Shown: positions 39,737 to 52,839, numbered from the whole stretch's first letter. The stretch: 62,679 nucleotides of DNA, filler included, from Nemertoderma westbladi (GCA_032718475.1; 3 parts of 3 records of this genome joined end to end with filler, not necessarily neighbours in it), one strand, 5' to 3'. Program-made: numbers and translations. Notes: a model not told the origin generated them from the sequence alone.

Positions 39737-42648
39737 CACTGAAAAATCGTACCAGTGGTTCTTTTTTAAAAAACCTCTGGTTTTCGAAAATAACCCCAGG
39801 TTAATTTGGTGAATTTTTGACCTGCGGTTAATTCGAGGAACCAGAGGTTTATCGATTCAAAGATAACCTGTGGTTAAATTTTATAAATTAAACCTCAGGT
39901 TGTTTTTCGTATAACAACCAGTGGTTGTGCTCAAGTTCAATGGTGTTTCAGGTTTCAAATAAATGATTTAACCTGTGGTTAATTTAAGGTAAACAGGTGT
40001 TTAGGTTTCAAAATAAATGGATAAACCTGCGTTTAATGTGGATCAACCGTTGTTTCAGGTTTCAAATATATGGTTTAACCTGTGGTTAATTTAAGATCAA
40101 CCGGTGTTTCGGGTTTCAAATATGGGTTAACCTGTGGTTAATTTAAGATCAACCGGTGTTTTTTTTCAAAATAAATGGTTAAACCTGCGTTTAATGTGGA
40201 TCAACCGTTGTTTCAGGTTTCAAATATATGGTTTAACCTGTGGTTAATTTAAGATCAACCGGTGTTTCGGGTTTCAAATATAGGGTTTAACCTGTGGTTA
40301 ATTTAAGATCAACCGGTGTTTTTTTTCAAAATAAATGGTTAAACCTGCGTTTAATGTGGATCAACCGTTGTTTCAGGTTTCAAATACATGGTTTAACCTG
40401 TGGTTAATTTAAGATCAACCGGTGTTTCAGGTTTCAAATGAGGATCAAGTCGGTGTTTTAGATTTCAAATAAATGGTTTATTGAATATCAAATATAATAT
40501 CAAATATCAAATATGTTTATCAAATATAAATGATGATCAAATTATTGAATAAATTAATTTACAGTTTCCTAAATCCTAAATGATAATGTATTGAACCATT
40601 CACTCTTCCTGATATGGACAATCATTTTTCCTAACAGACATTGCGGTATATTCTTCATCAATGTCATCAAGTCCCTTTAGAAATTTGACTGTAGACGAAG
40701 CCTTCCTTTTCCCATGCTGCTCGCGATTTTCAAAATATGGAACAATGTATTCCGCAGTGTCTTTAATCCATGAGAAATTGTTAGAACCAAAGAAGTAAAT
40801 CCACTTGAAGTTGTCCCCTGGACTGCTGGATGCTTTGGCTTTGGCATTGCGGAACCCTCTGGAGCTCTTTCAGTTCGGGCAGGCCAGAATGGTTTTGTTA
40901 TACGTTGCCGCGCCCAAACCAACTCACCAACATAGTCACCCTCATCTCGACTATCAGATGGCTGGATGGACCACTGCAGGTACTAGACGATTTAGATCCA
41001 TAAGATAATTCCGAGGATTCATCATCAGAAGAAGAATAAAAAATGCTTACTTTCCTCTTTGCACCTCGTGGATGTGGGACTATCTCCAATTAGGTAGGCC
41101 TAATTTCAGAATTTCATAATTGGGGAGTGAGTAGGCCTGCCAGCCTACCGCAGTTACGGCTGACCGGTAGGTACTGGCAGACTGGTGTAGCAGAGAATTT
41201 CCACCCCTGCCCCCCTAAAATTTCACCACCCGGTTACGCCTACTGCAGTACTGGCCTATGTGACAGTTTTAATTACTGAATTAGGGTTAAGGCCTGGCCA
41301 ACTACTGAACTACAGAACTAACCAACCGCATAGCTGCATTCCTGCATAGGCCTAACCAACTGACCAAACCAAAATAATAAACCAAATACAGAAATATAAT
41401 ATACCGTACTCAGGTACCGTAGGGGTACTCATAATACAGTAATATACACACAGATATAGCTACAATCCAAGAAATACAGAAATAGTACCGGTACAACAAC
41501 AAAACAAAAAGAGTACACTAGGCCTACCCTACACAGCCCTACTACAGCAGTACTGTAAACTGTTCTGTACTACCGGCAACCAGTACCACTACTGTACCAG
41601 TGGCAGTGAAACACTGCATCACTGTAATCAAATTTCAGGATTGTACCGGTACCGATTCTGCGATTGCAGGACAACGCAGGATGGCAATGGCACTTTCACA
41701 AAAAATGACTGAATTATGATAGGCCTATGACAGTATGAACAAATTGCAGAATTAGCGGTCAACTTATGGCGGTTTATTCAAACATCCCTAAGACATACAT
41801 TGTAATTTATAACACATTTTTGTTCAACATGACATAGTAGCATTCAACAAATATAAGGGAATGCTTGATTTATGTTATAAATAATCTAAAACATGTAAAT
41901 CATGTTAAACAATCGTTAAATATTTACCTGATAAAACATGTTACATAAAAACGTACTTAACAAACGTATTAAGATTGTTTACATGATTGGATATTATGTT
42001 ATTGGATGTTCAATTAACATGTGGATCAACAACATTTTAGAAAGAAACTATGAAACATGAGCATGTTTACTATATGTTGTCAACCACAGGTTGTTTTAAG
42101 TTTTCAACCACCGTTCCATGTAAGTTGTAGACCACCGGTTATTCTAAGTCTTCAACCACCGTTACCTTGTAAACATACGGTGATTTAATTTTTGTAAACC
42201 ACCGGTTAAGTTATCCACTACCGTTTACTGTGTTGTAAACAAACTGTGATTTGAATTTTTGTAAACCACCGGTTATTCTAAGTTTTCAACCACCGTTTAC
42301 TGTGTTTTAAATCAACGGTTATATGTATTTTTCAACCAATCGATTTATGTAAGTTTTAAACCACCGGTTACTTTGTATCAAATAATATGAACCGCCGTTT
42401 ATTCCTAAGTCAAACACTGTTTCTGTTTTATGATAGCAATTACAATCCGGAAAACCACCGTTTCAATGTAACACTGCAGTTTGGGAAAATTTAAACCACC
42501 GTTTCAATGTAACACTGCACTTTGGGAAAATTTAAACCACCGTTTTAGCATATGCCAATTTGTAACCAGCGGTTTTAAAAGAGCAACCATCGGTTGAAAA
42601 TTTTATACCAGAGGTTAAAAAAAGAACCGCCGAACAATTTTTTCAGTG
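39737..42648. mobile_element. Non-autonomous CACTA/EnSpm (CMC) element, 2.9 kb
   Basis: Termini CACTGAAAAA...TTTTTCAGTG. 2-bp TA duplication; the empty site cgcctatgtaccg is seen in neighbouring minisatellite units. Subterminal aacc-nnn-ggtt arrays at 39760-40480 and 42080-42630. Confidence 0.85.
40600..41089 (-). pseudogene. Frameshifted PWWP-domain gene remnant inside the CACTA element
   Basis: Joined frames give YVGELVWARQRITKPFWPAR...(frameshift ~40815)...FKWIYFFGSNNFSWIKDTAEYIVPYFENREQHGKRK...KFLKGLDDIDEE. All PWWP consensus blocks are present in order. Confidence 0.8.
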
Positions 42649-43718
42649 TATGTACCGTGTATTAATTGTATTGTATACCTTGGAGTCGTTGTTGAAGCTT
42701 GGCCCCATTGTGTAAATCATATTGGTGCTGTTAAACGCCTACCGTGTATTAATTGCATTGTATACCTTGAAAACATTGTAGAAGCTTGGCGTGTTGCTGT
42801 CCCATTGTTTATCACACTGATAGAGTATACCTTGAACATTATAATATGTATAATGAGCTAAAACTGTCTACCTTGGTATAAAAATGTCTACCTTGGAACG
42901 AACAAACTCTTTCACTTCCAAGGGATACAAATTCCAAGGGATACCATACCGTCTTATACCAAGGTATACCAATATACTGCAGTATCATAGAAACGGGAAG
43001 GGCAGCGACAATTTATCTTAGCCAACACAAAGGGCTCTATATAAGTAATTAAAATGGTAAGAGCCGATATAAACCCGTTCGTTTATAGAAAATGACAGGC
43101 AGTCAAAGTTATGTTCCAAGGGTATACATATTTATCCAAAATCCTGTCCTACCCTCCTTAAACAGATTGTGTGGTCAAATTGCAGGAAGTAGGAGGGTCG
43201 AATAGATATAATTTGGGAAGCAGAATCAATACTCATTACAATAAATGTTTATTTGGCGGCATTCCGACACCATGTAGACAGTCTGTAGATGTTGTTTATA
43301 CACCATTTTTTTTAAAGAAAAAAGTGAAATTCTATATAGTTTGTTATGCTAGACGTTGTTTTAAGCCATGGGTCATGTTTATGTGCCCTTTGTGATTAAA
43401 TGAAGAAGCAACGTCCACTCTATCGATTGGTATATAATATTGGCCAAGATATTCAAGTCATATATTTGTGTGGCAGCTTATTTCATGGGGACTATATTTT
43501 GCAACGCCCAAGGTAGACACCAAGGTATACATTTTTATGACTTGACTTCTTGTAGTGAAAATACAATATTAGTGTGCAGCTCAGATTTTATCTATGTTGT
43601 AGAGCGCGCTCTAATCTTCCAAACGAGCCATCAACCATTAAAATCGGTTGATGTAAAATGGATTTATAAGCAAAAGTGTGAATTTGCAAAAATGTGCCAT
43701 CCTTACTGACCAATGACC

Positions 43719-46072
43719 TGCAGCTATTAATACTACAGCTATTAATACTGCAGCTATCAATACTGCAGCTACTAATACTGCAGCTATCAATACTGCAGCT
43801 ATTAATACTACAGCTATTAATACTGCAGCTATTAATACTGCAGCTAATAATACTCCAGCTATAATACTACAGCTATTAATACTGCAGCTATTGATACTAC
43901 AGCTATTAATACTGCAGCTATTAATACTGCAGCTATCAATACTGCAGCTATCAATACTGTAGATATTAATACTGCAGCTATCAATACTGCAGCTATTAAT
44001 ACTACAGCTATTAATACTGCAGCTAATAATACTCCAGCTATAATACTACAGCTATTAATACTGCAGCTATTGATACTGCAGCTATTAATACTGCAGCTAT
44101 TAATACTGCAGCTATTGATACTACAGCTATTAATACTGCAGCTATTAATACTGCAGCTATTAATACTACAGCTATTAATACTGCAGCTACTAATACTGCA
44201 GCTACTATTACTGCAGCTACTAATACTGCAGCTAATAATACTACAGCTATTAATACTGCAGCTACTAATACTGCAGCTACTAATACTGCAGCTATTAATA
44301 CTACAGCTATTAATACTGCAGCTATTAATACTGCAGCTAATAATACTGCAGCTCAGCTACTAATACTGCAGCTATTAATACTGCAGCTAATAATACTACA
44401 GCTATTTATACTGCAGCTACTAATACTGCAGCTACTAATACTGCAGCTATTAATACTGCAGCTATTAATACTGCAGCTATTAATACTGCAGCTATTAATA
44501 CTACAGCTACTAATACTGCAGCTATTAATACTGCAGCTAATAATACTGCAGCTATTAATACTGCAGCTAATAATACTACAGCTATTTATACTGCAGCTAC
44601 TAATACTGCAGCTACTAATACTACAGCTATTAATACTACAGCTATTAATACTGCAGCTATTAATACTGCAGCTACTAATACTGCAGCTATTAATACTGCA
44701 GCTAATAATACTGCAGCTATTAATACTACAGCTATTAATACTGCAGCTATTAATACTGCAGCTACTAATACTGCAGCTATTAATACTGCAGCTAATAATA
44801 CTGCAGCTAATAATACTACAGCTATTAATACTGCAGCTACTAATACTACAGCTATTAATACTGCAGCTACTAATACTGCAGCTATTAATACTGCAGCTAC
44901 TAATACTACAGCTATTAATAATGCAGCTACTAATACTGCAGCTACTAATACTGCAGCTATTAATACTACAGCTATTAATACTGCAGCTATTAATACTGCA
45001 GCTACTAATACTGCAGCTATTAATACTGCAGCTAATAATACTGCAGCTAATAATACTACAGCTATTAATACTGCAGCTACTAATACTGCAGCTATTAATA
45101 CTGCAGCTAATAATACTACAGCTATTTATACTGCAGCTACTAATACTGCAGCTACTAATACTGCAGCTATTAATACTACAGCTATTAATACTGCAGCTAT
45201 TAATACTGCAGCTATTAATACTGCAGCTAATAATACTGCAGATATTAATACTACAGCTATTAATACTGCAGCTATTAATACTACAGCTATTAATACTGCA
45301 GCTATTAATACTGCAGCTAATAATACTGCAGCTATTAATACTACAGCTATTAATACTGCAGCTATTAATACTGCAGCTACTAATACTGCAGCTATTAATA
45401 CTACAGCTATTAATACTGCAGCTATTAATACTACAGCTATTAATACTGCAGCTATTAATACTGCAGCTAATAATACTGCAGCTATTAATACTACAGCTAT
45501 TAATACTGCAGCTATTAATACTGCAGCTACTAATACTGCAGCTATTAATACTGCAGCTAATAATACTGCAGCTACTAATACTGCAGCTATTAATACTGCA
45601 GCTAATAATACTGCAGCTACTAATACTGCAGCTATTAATAATGCAGCTACTAATACTGCAGCTATTAATACTGCAGCTAATAATACTGCAGCTACTAATA
45701 CTGCAGCTATTAATAATGCAGCTACTAATACTGCAGCTACTAATACTGCAGCTATTAATACTACAGCTATTAATACTGCAGCTATTAATACTGCAGCTAC
45801 TAATACTGCAGCTATTAATACTGCAGCTAATAATACTGCAGCTAATAATACTACAGCTATTAATACTGCAGCTACTAATACTGCAGCTATTAATACTGCA
45901 GCTAATAATACTACAGCTATTTATACTGCAGCTACTAATACTGCAGCTACTAATACTGCAGCTATTAATACTGCAGCTAATAATACTGCAGCTATTAATA
46001 CTACAGCTATTAATACTGCAGCTATTAATACTGCAGCTAATAATACTGCAGCTATTAATACTACAGCTATTA
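43719..46072. repeat. 15-bp satellite (gctattaatactgca)n, right block, running into the gap
   Basis: Direct tandem array. Confidence 0.97.
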
Positions 46073-46172
46073 NNNNNNNNNNNNNNNNNNNNNNNNNNNN
46101 NNNNNNNNNNNNNNNNTTAATTAATTAANNNNNNNNNNNNNNNNNNNNNNNNNNNNNNNNNNNNNNNNNNNN
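46073..46172. other. Artificial scaffold linker (N44-TTAATTAATTAA-N44)
   Basis: Identical in design to 16847-16946. Confidence 0.97.
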
Positions 46173-46754
46173 TTCTCCTACTACTTACGCTTCACACGAA
46201 CTCACACAATATCTTTATTTTTCACACGATTTAGCTTATTTAAAGGTCATTTGCGTATTTTTATTTAATGTCAAAATACGGTCCAAAAGACATATTTAAT
46301 ATTTACCAGAATGTCACTATTTTATGTATCCATAAAAACAGGTTGTGTTTCTGTAATGCAAACTGTACTAAAGGTTGCATTTACAGTTATACGGACACCA
46401 TTTGTTTTTGTAGAAAAACACGTTGTTTCGGTTTTTATTAATCCAAATTGTTCGGTAACATGTTGGTAAATGTAGAATTAGAACGCTCAGCTCTCACACT
46501 TATTTCACACTAGTAACTACTGTAATAGTTATTTGATCATTTATAGCAATATTTTATTTGGTTGTTTTAATTTTGGTTATTATTATTAATTTGAATTAAA
46601 TACAGAATTTTTGAAAATTTTTCGTATATTTCGATGCTCGTAACGTCACACAAATCCGCTTCCATGATTGAGTATTGCCGTTAGTAATTAGCCATTACTT
46701 TTAAAATTATTTAAATTTTAAATCAAATTTAAAAAAAATTAGCACGATTACTAT

Positions 46755-47620
46755 TTGTAATTGTGCTGGATTACGCAATGAGGACGGCCACAAAGGGTAA
46801 AGACCTGGGATTCACACTTCAAGAACGCAGAAGTAGTAGATATCCGGCAACTACAGTCACAGACACCGACTTTGCGGATGACATCGCCCTGCTCTCTAAT
46901 ACCCTAGCAGATGCACAGCTTCTACTAAATAAAGTGGAGAGGGCTGCTAAGGAGGTTGGATTGTATATAAATGCTACAAAGACCGAATTCATGACCTTTA
47001 ATGTTGATGGAAACTTGACAACCATTGATAATAATCAACTAAGGAAGGTCGATGACTTCTAGTACCTTGGATCATGGATAGAGAGTAGCAAAAAGGACAT
47101 AGAAGTTAGGAAAGCAAAGGCTTGGGTAGCTCTATCAAAAATGGATACCATCTGGAAATCAGATCTCTCCAGGCACCTGAAGACTAAGTTCTTTCGAGCC
47201 AGTGGAAAGTGTATTTTTATATGGGGGTGAGACCTGGACACTGACTAAATCACTTGAACAACGAATTGATGGTTGCTACACAAGACTACTAAGGGCAGCC
47301 CTAAACATCAGCTGGAGACAACACATGACAAATGCCGAGCTTTATGGTACAATACCACCTGTATCAACCACCCTCCGTGAACGCAGATTAAGATTCAGTG
47401 GGCACTGCTGGCGAAGTAAAGACGAGGTCATATCAGATCTACTTTTCTGGCAACCAAGTCATGGAAAGCGTAGTCGTGGACGACCGGCCATAAAATATAT
47501 AGATCAACTTGAAAGGGATACTGAACTTAGGAGAAACGAAATTGCGACAACCATGGAGAATCGGGAAGCCTGGAAGGATCTCATTTCCACTGTCCGAGTT
47601 CGCTCGACCTAGTAGTAGTA
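46755..47620 (+). mobile_element. 5'-truncated RTE LINE, same family as 15743-16628 and better preserved
   Basis: Motifs DTDFADDIALLS, LYGGETW and RRLRFSGHCWR. One premature stop (~47060) and one frameshift (~47200). The stop codon runs straight into the (TAG)n tail. Confidence 0.92.
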
Positions 47621-47779
47621 AATCAAATAATTTGCTGTTAAATTAAATTGTTGCATATGCAGCTGTCATATACAACGTACAATTAATTTAATTAATTAAT
47701 TTTAATTAATTTACGTTGCTACCTGCAGTGTAGTCTAATACTAATACCTATGCTATATTAAATGGTTAATAAATAATTA

Positions 47780-49690
47780 CACACTCAATCGTAACCTTCT
47801 ACAGGACGTTACTCTAGTTTGTAGGTTAGACTCCTTGGCCTAACACGTTTGTTGCCCGTAGTTACCAGAACGTTCCCTTGCCAGTTCTAATAAACAAAGG
47901 CGGCCGGTTGGTCGATTGAAATAGTGTACCTTTGGCTTAAACGGTGGATGATAGTAGTCAACTCTTTTCTTAGGGGGTGCCGCTTCTGACTGCGTCACTG
48001 GTCCGCCACAAATCCCCCCGCAAGGTATACAACTCCGCAATGTCCGGCCCAGAGAAGGGGGATCTGAGTTTGGGTTGTCCAATTTGTTTACATAATTATT
48101 GGTTACAGTGTCAATGGGTTCTCCATATTCGTCCGTATTAAATCGGGATGTCGGTTGATTGTTGTCGCTGGATTTATTGGATTCACCGCAAAATTTTGAA
48201 TACTTTGTCCCAAAATCGGGTCCTCCCACTGCGAATTCCTCCGCTTCCACGATATAACTGGGTTTAGGAAAATGGATGTAATTGGTCGATATGTTTTCCG
48301 AATGAATTTGGTTAGTTGATATGTTCTCACTAGACATTCTTTCGTTTAAAGTCTTTATCGATGGGCCAGTGCAGAACCAACCGATCCTGGTTCTGCCAGC
48401 GTATGTGGTTAAAGGCAGAGGCGAACTAGGGAGTTTTTGTAAAATTTCCAGGGCCTCTGGTGCGTTCTGGCCGATTAATAATCGAACTCCGGATCGATCA
48501 AGTTCAGATCGAGGGATGATATTACGTTTCATAAAGTCATCGTTGTCCCAGTTATACACAGGTGCTTGACTATCTGTTAAGTTATTAATCGAAACCACCT
48601 TGATGTTATTCAATTTACATATTTCATTTATATCACCGGGGTCAGATAAAGAAATTTTGTAATAACGAGTTTGTATAACTGATTGCCAGGTTTGCATTAC
48701 ACCGGATAGATTTAATTTCATTGGATGTCCGTCTGCCTTGCTAAATATCTCCTCTGCAAGGTCTTGATCAATGAAGGATCTAGAGCTTCCTGTATCCATT
48801 AGGGCGTTCACGACGACGCTACGGTTGTTGCAGTGTAGTCGAACTCTCTAAGAGGGAATTCTCTAACACCAAGCGATTTTGGGTCAGAGGTCTTTAATGA
48901 TATATGACGGTTTATAGGCTGTTCTGGGGGTAATGGTGGCTCATACGTGACGGCTGTACAGACCACTACATTATTGCAACTTTCCTCGTCCATAGAGAAC
49001 TCGTCCGTATAGAATTCCTGTTCAGTACTTCCCTCATATCATAAGGGGAATAATCGGTAAATTGAACCTTTATTTCCACACGGGGGTCTATATCCTTCTG
49101 ATGCAATAGGTATTGATGTTTTCCATTACATTTAACACATTTGTAGGTGTCCCGTAAATAACTTTTGCTTTCTATTATGTCTGGCGCACAAGCAGTTACA
49201 CATACATTTAAAGCGGTTACAGTTTCTCTCCGTTTCTCCAAAGACATTCGAATAAAGTCTGGACAGTGCGGGAGCCTATGGGACTCTTTACTACATAATA
49301 AACAGCCAGCGTTATAGGTCGCTGATTTAATTATTGGTTTTAGTTGTTTCAGGCTTTTACAATGTTGGTTGCTGCGTTTCTGGCTATCGGAGGTATTATA
49401 TGAGTTTTCACTTTCTTCGGATTCCTCCTCACAGGTTGATAGATCAGTTTGATAAAATTGCTCCCGACGACTAGTTGGGGTTGTTTTGTCGGATTTCAAA
49501 TCTAGGTAACGCTTGCGCGCTGAGTAATCATCAGCAATGAGGATTCATAAAAAATCGAGGTATTCCAGGAATTCCTTCATGCCTAAAGCTGGTTTACCGC
49601 GAAGTTTAGCGTTTAGCACATTGCGGTCCCATCTTGTAGATAAACTCCCCTTAAGTAGGGCTGCAGAAATCATGTACTCGTGGGGCTTTC
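47780..49690 (-). mobile_element. Internally deleted BEL/Pao LTR-retroelement derivative (Gag C-terminus, protease, integrase scraps)
   Basis: Gag knuckles CLLCSKESH...CVKCNGKHQYLLH, protease NALMDTGSSRSFI, C-terminal NRPTGRLCLLE. A purine-rich gattgagtg is followed by TGTAAT at ~47781, the probable 3' LTR start. Confidence 0.82.
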
Positions 49691-50929
49691 TTTGTTCGGC
49701 TCAGCCAATCAGAGCGATTTTCATTTTATTTGCACAGAAGCCTCCGGGAAATTGCGCAATGCATTATGGTCTATGTTTACCTTTTTTCCTGATGCCAGAA
49801 CATCGGCTGTGGAATTATTCTGTGTTTCAGACTTTAGCCAAACATTAGAACGGCTTTGATTATAGAAACGTATAACTGTTATCTTACTTAACTCAAATCT
49901 CATACAAGTCATATCAACTCACAACAGCCTATATCATACTGTGCATACCTTTCACCGCATTATTTTACTGCTATTTTACTGTTGGTTATTAATTGTATCA
50001 GTTGATGGAATAATGTTATATTTGGATAATATCGATAAATAATCATAAAACCCCCATCTTCTTGATATACTGAAGGTAAGAGACCGGTTACATATAGCAA
50101 TTGCGACTTATATTATATTGGTTTTGGAGTGAATCTAATGCTATTTCATAGGCACTACAGGTGTCAGTTGTTATTCTCTTTATGTATGATCAAATTCAGT
50201 GACGGTCGGCAGATCAGTGGGCAGTATTGTGCGGTGGTGGGCATGAGTGTGACTGATAACAAAGCATTTCCTAAAGAATGCGCCTTATACGTGAATCATA
50301 AGCCATCCCGTTGTGTTTAGTATAAGTCATAACTCTGTTTACATATTTAGAGCGCCACGTCCTAAAGGAACTGTTAGTATTTCCCGAAAGTGAATAATAT
50401 TTGTCAGAAATTATATATATTACCGATCAATCGAATAGTACAGTAGGCCTACACTGCAATAAGGTCAGAGCTTCCGAATCCAGTCTCCCGGGTAAACCAG
50501 CGGGTGAATGGTCGCGCATAGGCTGGCTTCGGCTAATGTAGTGTTTATTTGTATCAAATACTAGTCATAGGCTAAAGTCGATTTACAAACTAAAAGACAC
50601 CTAAAATTAGCGGGTTAAACTGCTAAAGGTCTAAAAGCGCAAACAATAACAGTTATTGTTTTTTTTTATTGCAGCGTAGGCAATAAAGTCGAAAAGTACC
50701 GGTCGACCGGTAACCTGTAGGCCTAACTACCTAACCACCCGAACCGGTACTTACAGCAGTACAGGTACAGCAGTATTATTTCGATTGTGATATTGTATAT
50801 TGGTAGGCTGCTTAAGAGATTATGGACTGTACACCCCTTGTTTCTTTTGGAGCTTATTTATTTCAGTCAGTTTTATTTATCTGCAAGAGTAATATTGAGC
50901 AGAAGACGTGTAAGCCTGCTCAAATTGTA

Positions 50930-51513
50930 CAGATAATTTGTAGGCTGGATTGTTGTCTGACTGTTGTTAAGTCTGAACGGATTGCAGTATGCGTAGAGTG
51001 TAGGTCCGATAAAGTACTAGTTAGGAACGTAGGGGCATCTTGAGTTGTAAGGTAAATCCCCCCCGAAAGAATAAGTCGTACTACTCGGTTAGAACGCATA
51101 CTAACTAACCATTTCGGAATCTGCATATACTGTAGTTTATTTAGGCTTGATAGTAGTCTGCCAGCGTTTAGTCTGTATTTTGTTTGTGTAGTCTGTGCGG
51201 GTACCGTAATATTTATTATTCAGATAATTTGTAGGCTGGATTGTTGTCTGGCTGTTGTTAGGTCTGAAGAGATTGCGGCATGTGTAGAGTGTCTGTCCGA
51301 TAAAGTACTAGTTAGGAACGTAGGGGCATCTTGAGTTGTAAGGTAAATCCCCCCCCGAAAGAATAAGTCGTACTACTCGGTTAGAACGCATACTAACTAA
51401 CCATTTCGGAATCTGCACATACTGTAGTTTATTTAGGCTTGATAGTAGTCTGCCAGCATTTGGTTGTATTTTGTTTGAGTAGTCTGTACGGGTAGCGTAA
51501 TATTTATTATTCA
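50930..51513. repeat. Two ~291-bp direct tandem copies upstream of the BEL ORF (probably LTR or 5' UTR)
   Basis: cagataatttgtaggctggattgttgtctg...tatttattatt starts at ~50930 and again at ~51221. Confidence 0.85.
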
Positions 51514-52839
51514 GAGTTTATGCGATTATTCGCAACATTCATACCCCCAAGTTTATTCCTACAGTAATTGTGCTTGTTATACATACCGTTATAGTTAAAT
51601 TAACCCCGGTACTACATCAGGGCTGCTTGGCGTAGGTAAAGACTGGTGATTTTGTGCCCCGCGGTCACTCCAGCAGATACCGTGGTTCTTTTAGCTGTAC
51701 AAGTATTTCTAACTGCTGGTTATTTGTTGTATAAGTACTTGTACCTAATTTAGGGTTTAGTGTACAGTGCTTTCCGAAGGTAATTAGTGTGTGGGCAGTA
51801 TATTTGTGTTGTAAAGTGGTTAATAGGCACGTTGGCTCTGGTAGGCCGCGGTAATTGACCTCTAGGTAGGAACACTCCGTGAAACATAACGTAGTACTTA
51901 TAGCAATACGGCTATAAGTCGTCAGACGGTGGTATTTTTCTTATCTGGACAACGCAATATATTTACTACTGCTTATTATTTTCAAATACCGTAGTATCCT
52001 GTCCGTTGTAATAACCAGATTTTCTAACCCTTTGTTAGGCTGGTTTGTAGACTTCTTGTAAAATTACCCTAAAAATTTGTACGTGTAATTTTGTGTTTAT
52101 TTAGAGATTGTAATCTCACCCTGAATTGTACATAATTTGTAGTAATAAGTAACTTAGGCAAGTAGAAATTATTTGTTTAGTGTCCAACAAGTAGCACTTC
52201 AGAGAATACAGCTTCTGTGTAGTGACTCCTTCCCAGAAGTAATAACATTTATTTCAAATATTGTAACAAAACCCATTAAACGGGTATATATATTATAAAT
52301 CAATTCAAACCGATTTATAAAATAGTAGGCCTGTCATACAACAATTAGGTCTTAATATCAGTTGGACTACTGCTTAAATAACGGTAATAAAGTAAAGTAA
52401 AGTAACCAAGTAACCCCTAAAATTCAGAAATTCAATTATTCTAAAATAATTGACATACCGGTATTTACAATAGGCTTATTATATTTATTTCTATAAATTT
52501 TAGCTGAAATTATATACCGGTATTCTAAAATTAATTCTAGTTTATAATTATACTTATATACTATAAGTGTAAGTTGTATACCGGTATTCACAATAGGCTT
52601 ATTATATATTTATATATATTTGCACTGAAATTATATACCGGTATTCTGTGACAAACTTAGTCAATAATAATACTTATATATACTATAAGTGTATACCGGT
52701 ATTCTGATACATTGTATATATATCACGTTACACTGAGTAACGGTATCGGTAATTAATTAATAGGCTAACAGTGATACTGAATTACTAGACTCACTTTAAC
52801 TGTAATTATAGCAGTAGGCATTCAACTGTACAAACAAAC

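Larger units (their letters stand above)
37894..43718 (-). mobile_element. Non-autonomous TIR DNA transposon with 4-bp TSD (Sola-like), carrying a nested CACTA element
   Basis: TIRs ggtcattggtcaataa / ttactgaccaatgacc. TGCA duplicated at 37890-37893 and 43719-43722. Arrays of ccaaggtatac at 38085-38350 and 42870-43530. Transposase-like remnant at 38784-39095. Confidence 0.7.

Noticed and set aside
31749-46120. LQLLI / IAAVL / SINSC repeat ORFs resembling membrane or Cys-rich proteins
   Set aside because: They are translations of the 15-bp satellite.
49700-52800. Candidate 5' LTR and PBS of the BEL element
   Set aside because: No convincing similarity to the sequence after 60846 and no clear tRNA-complementary PBS found by eye.
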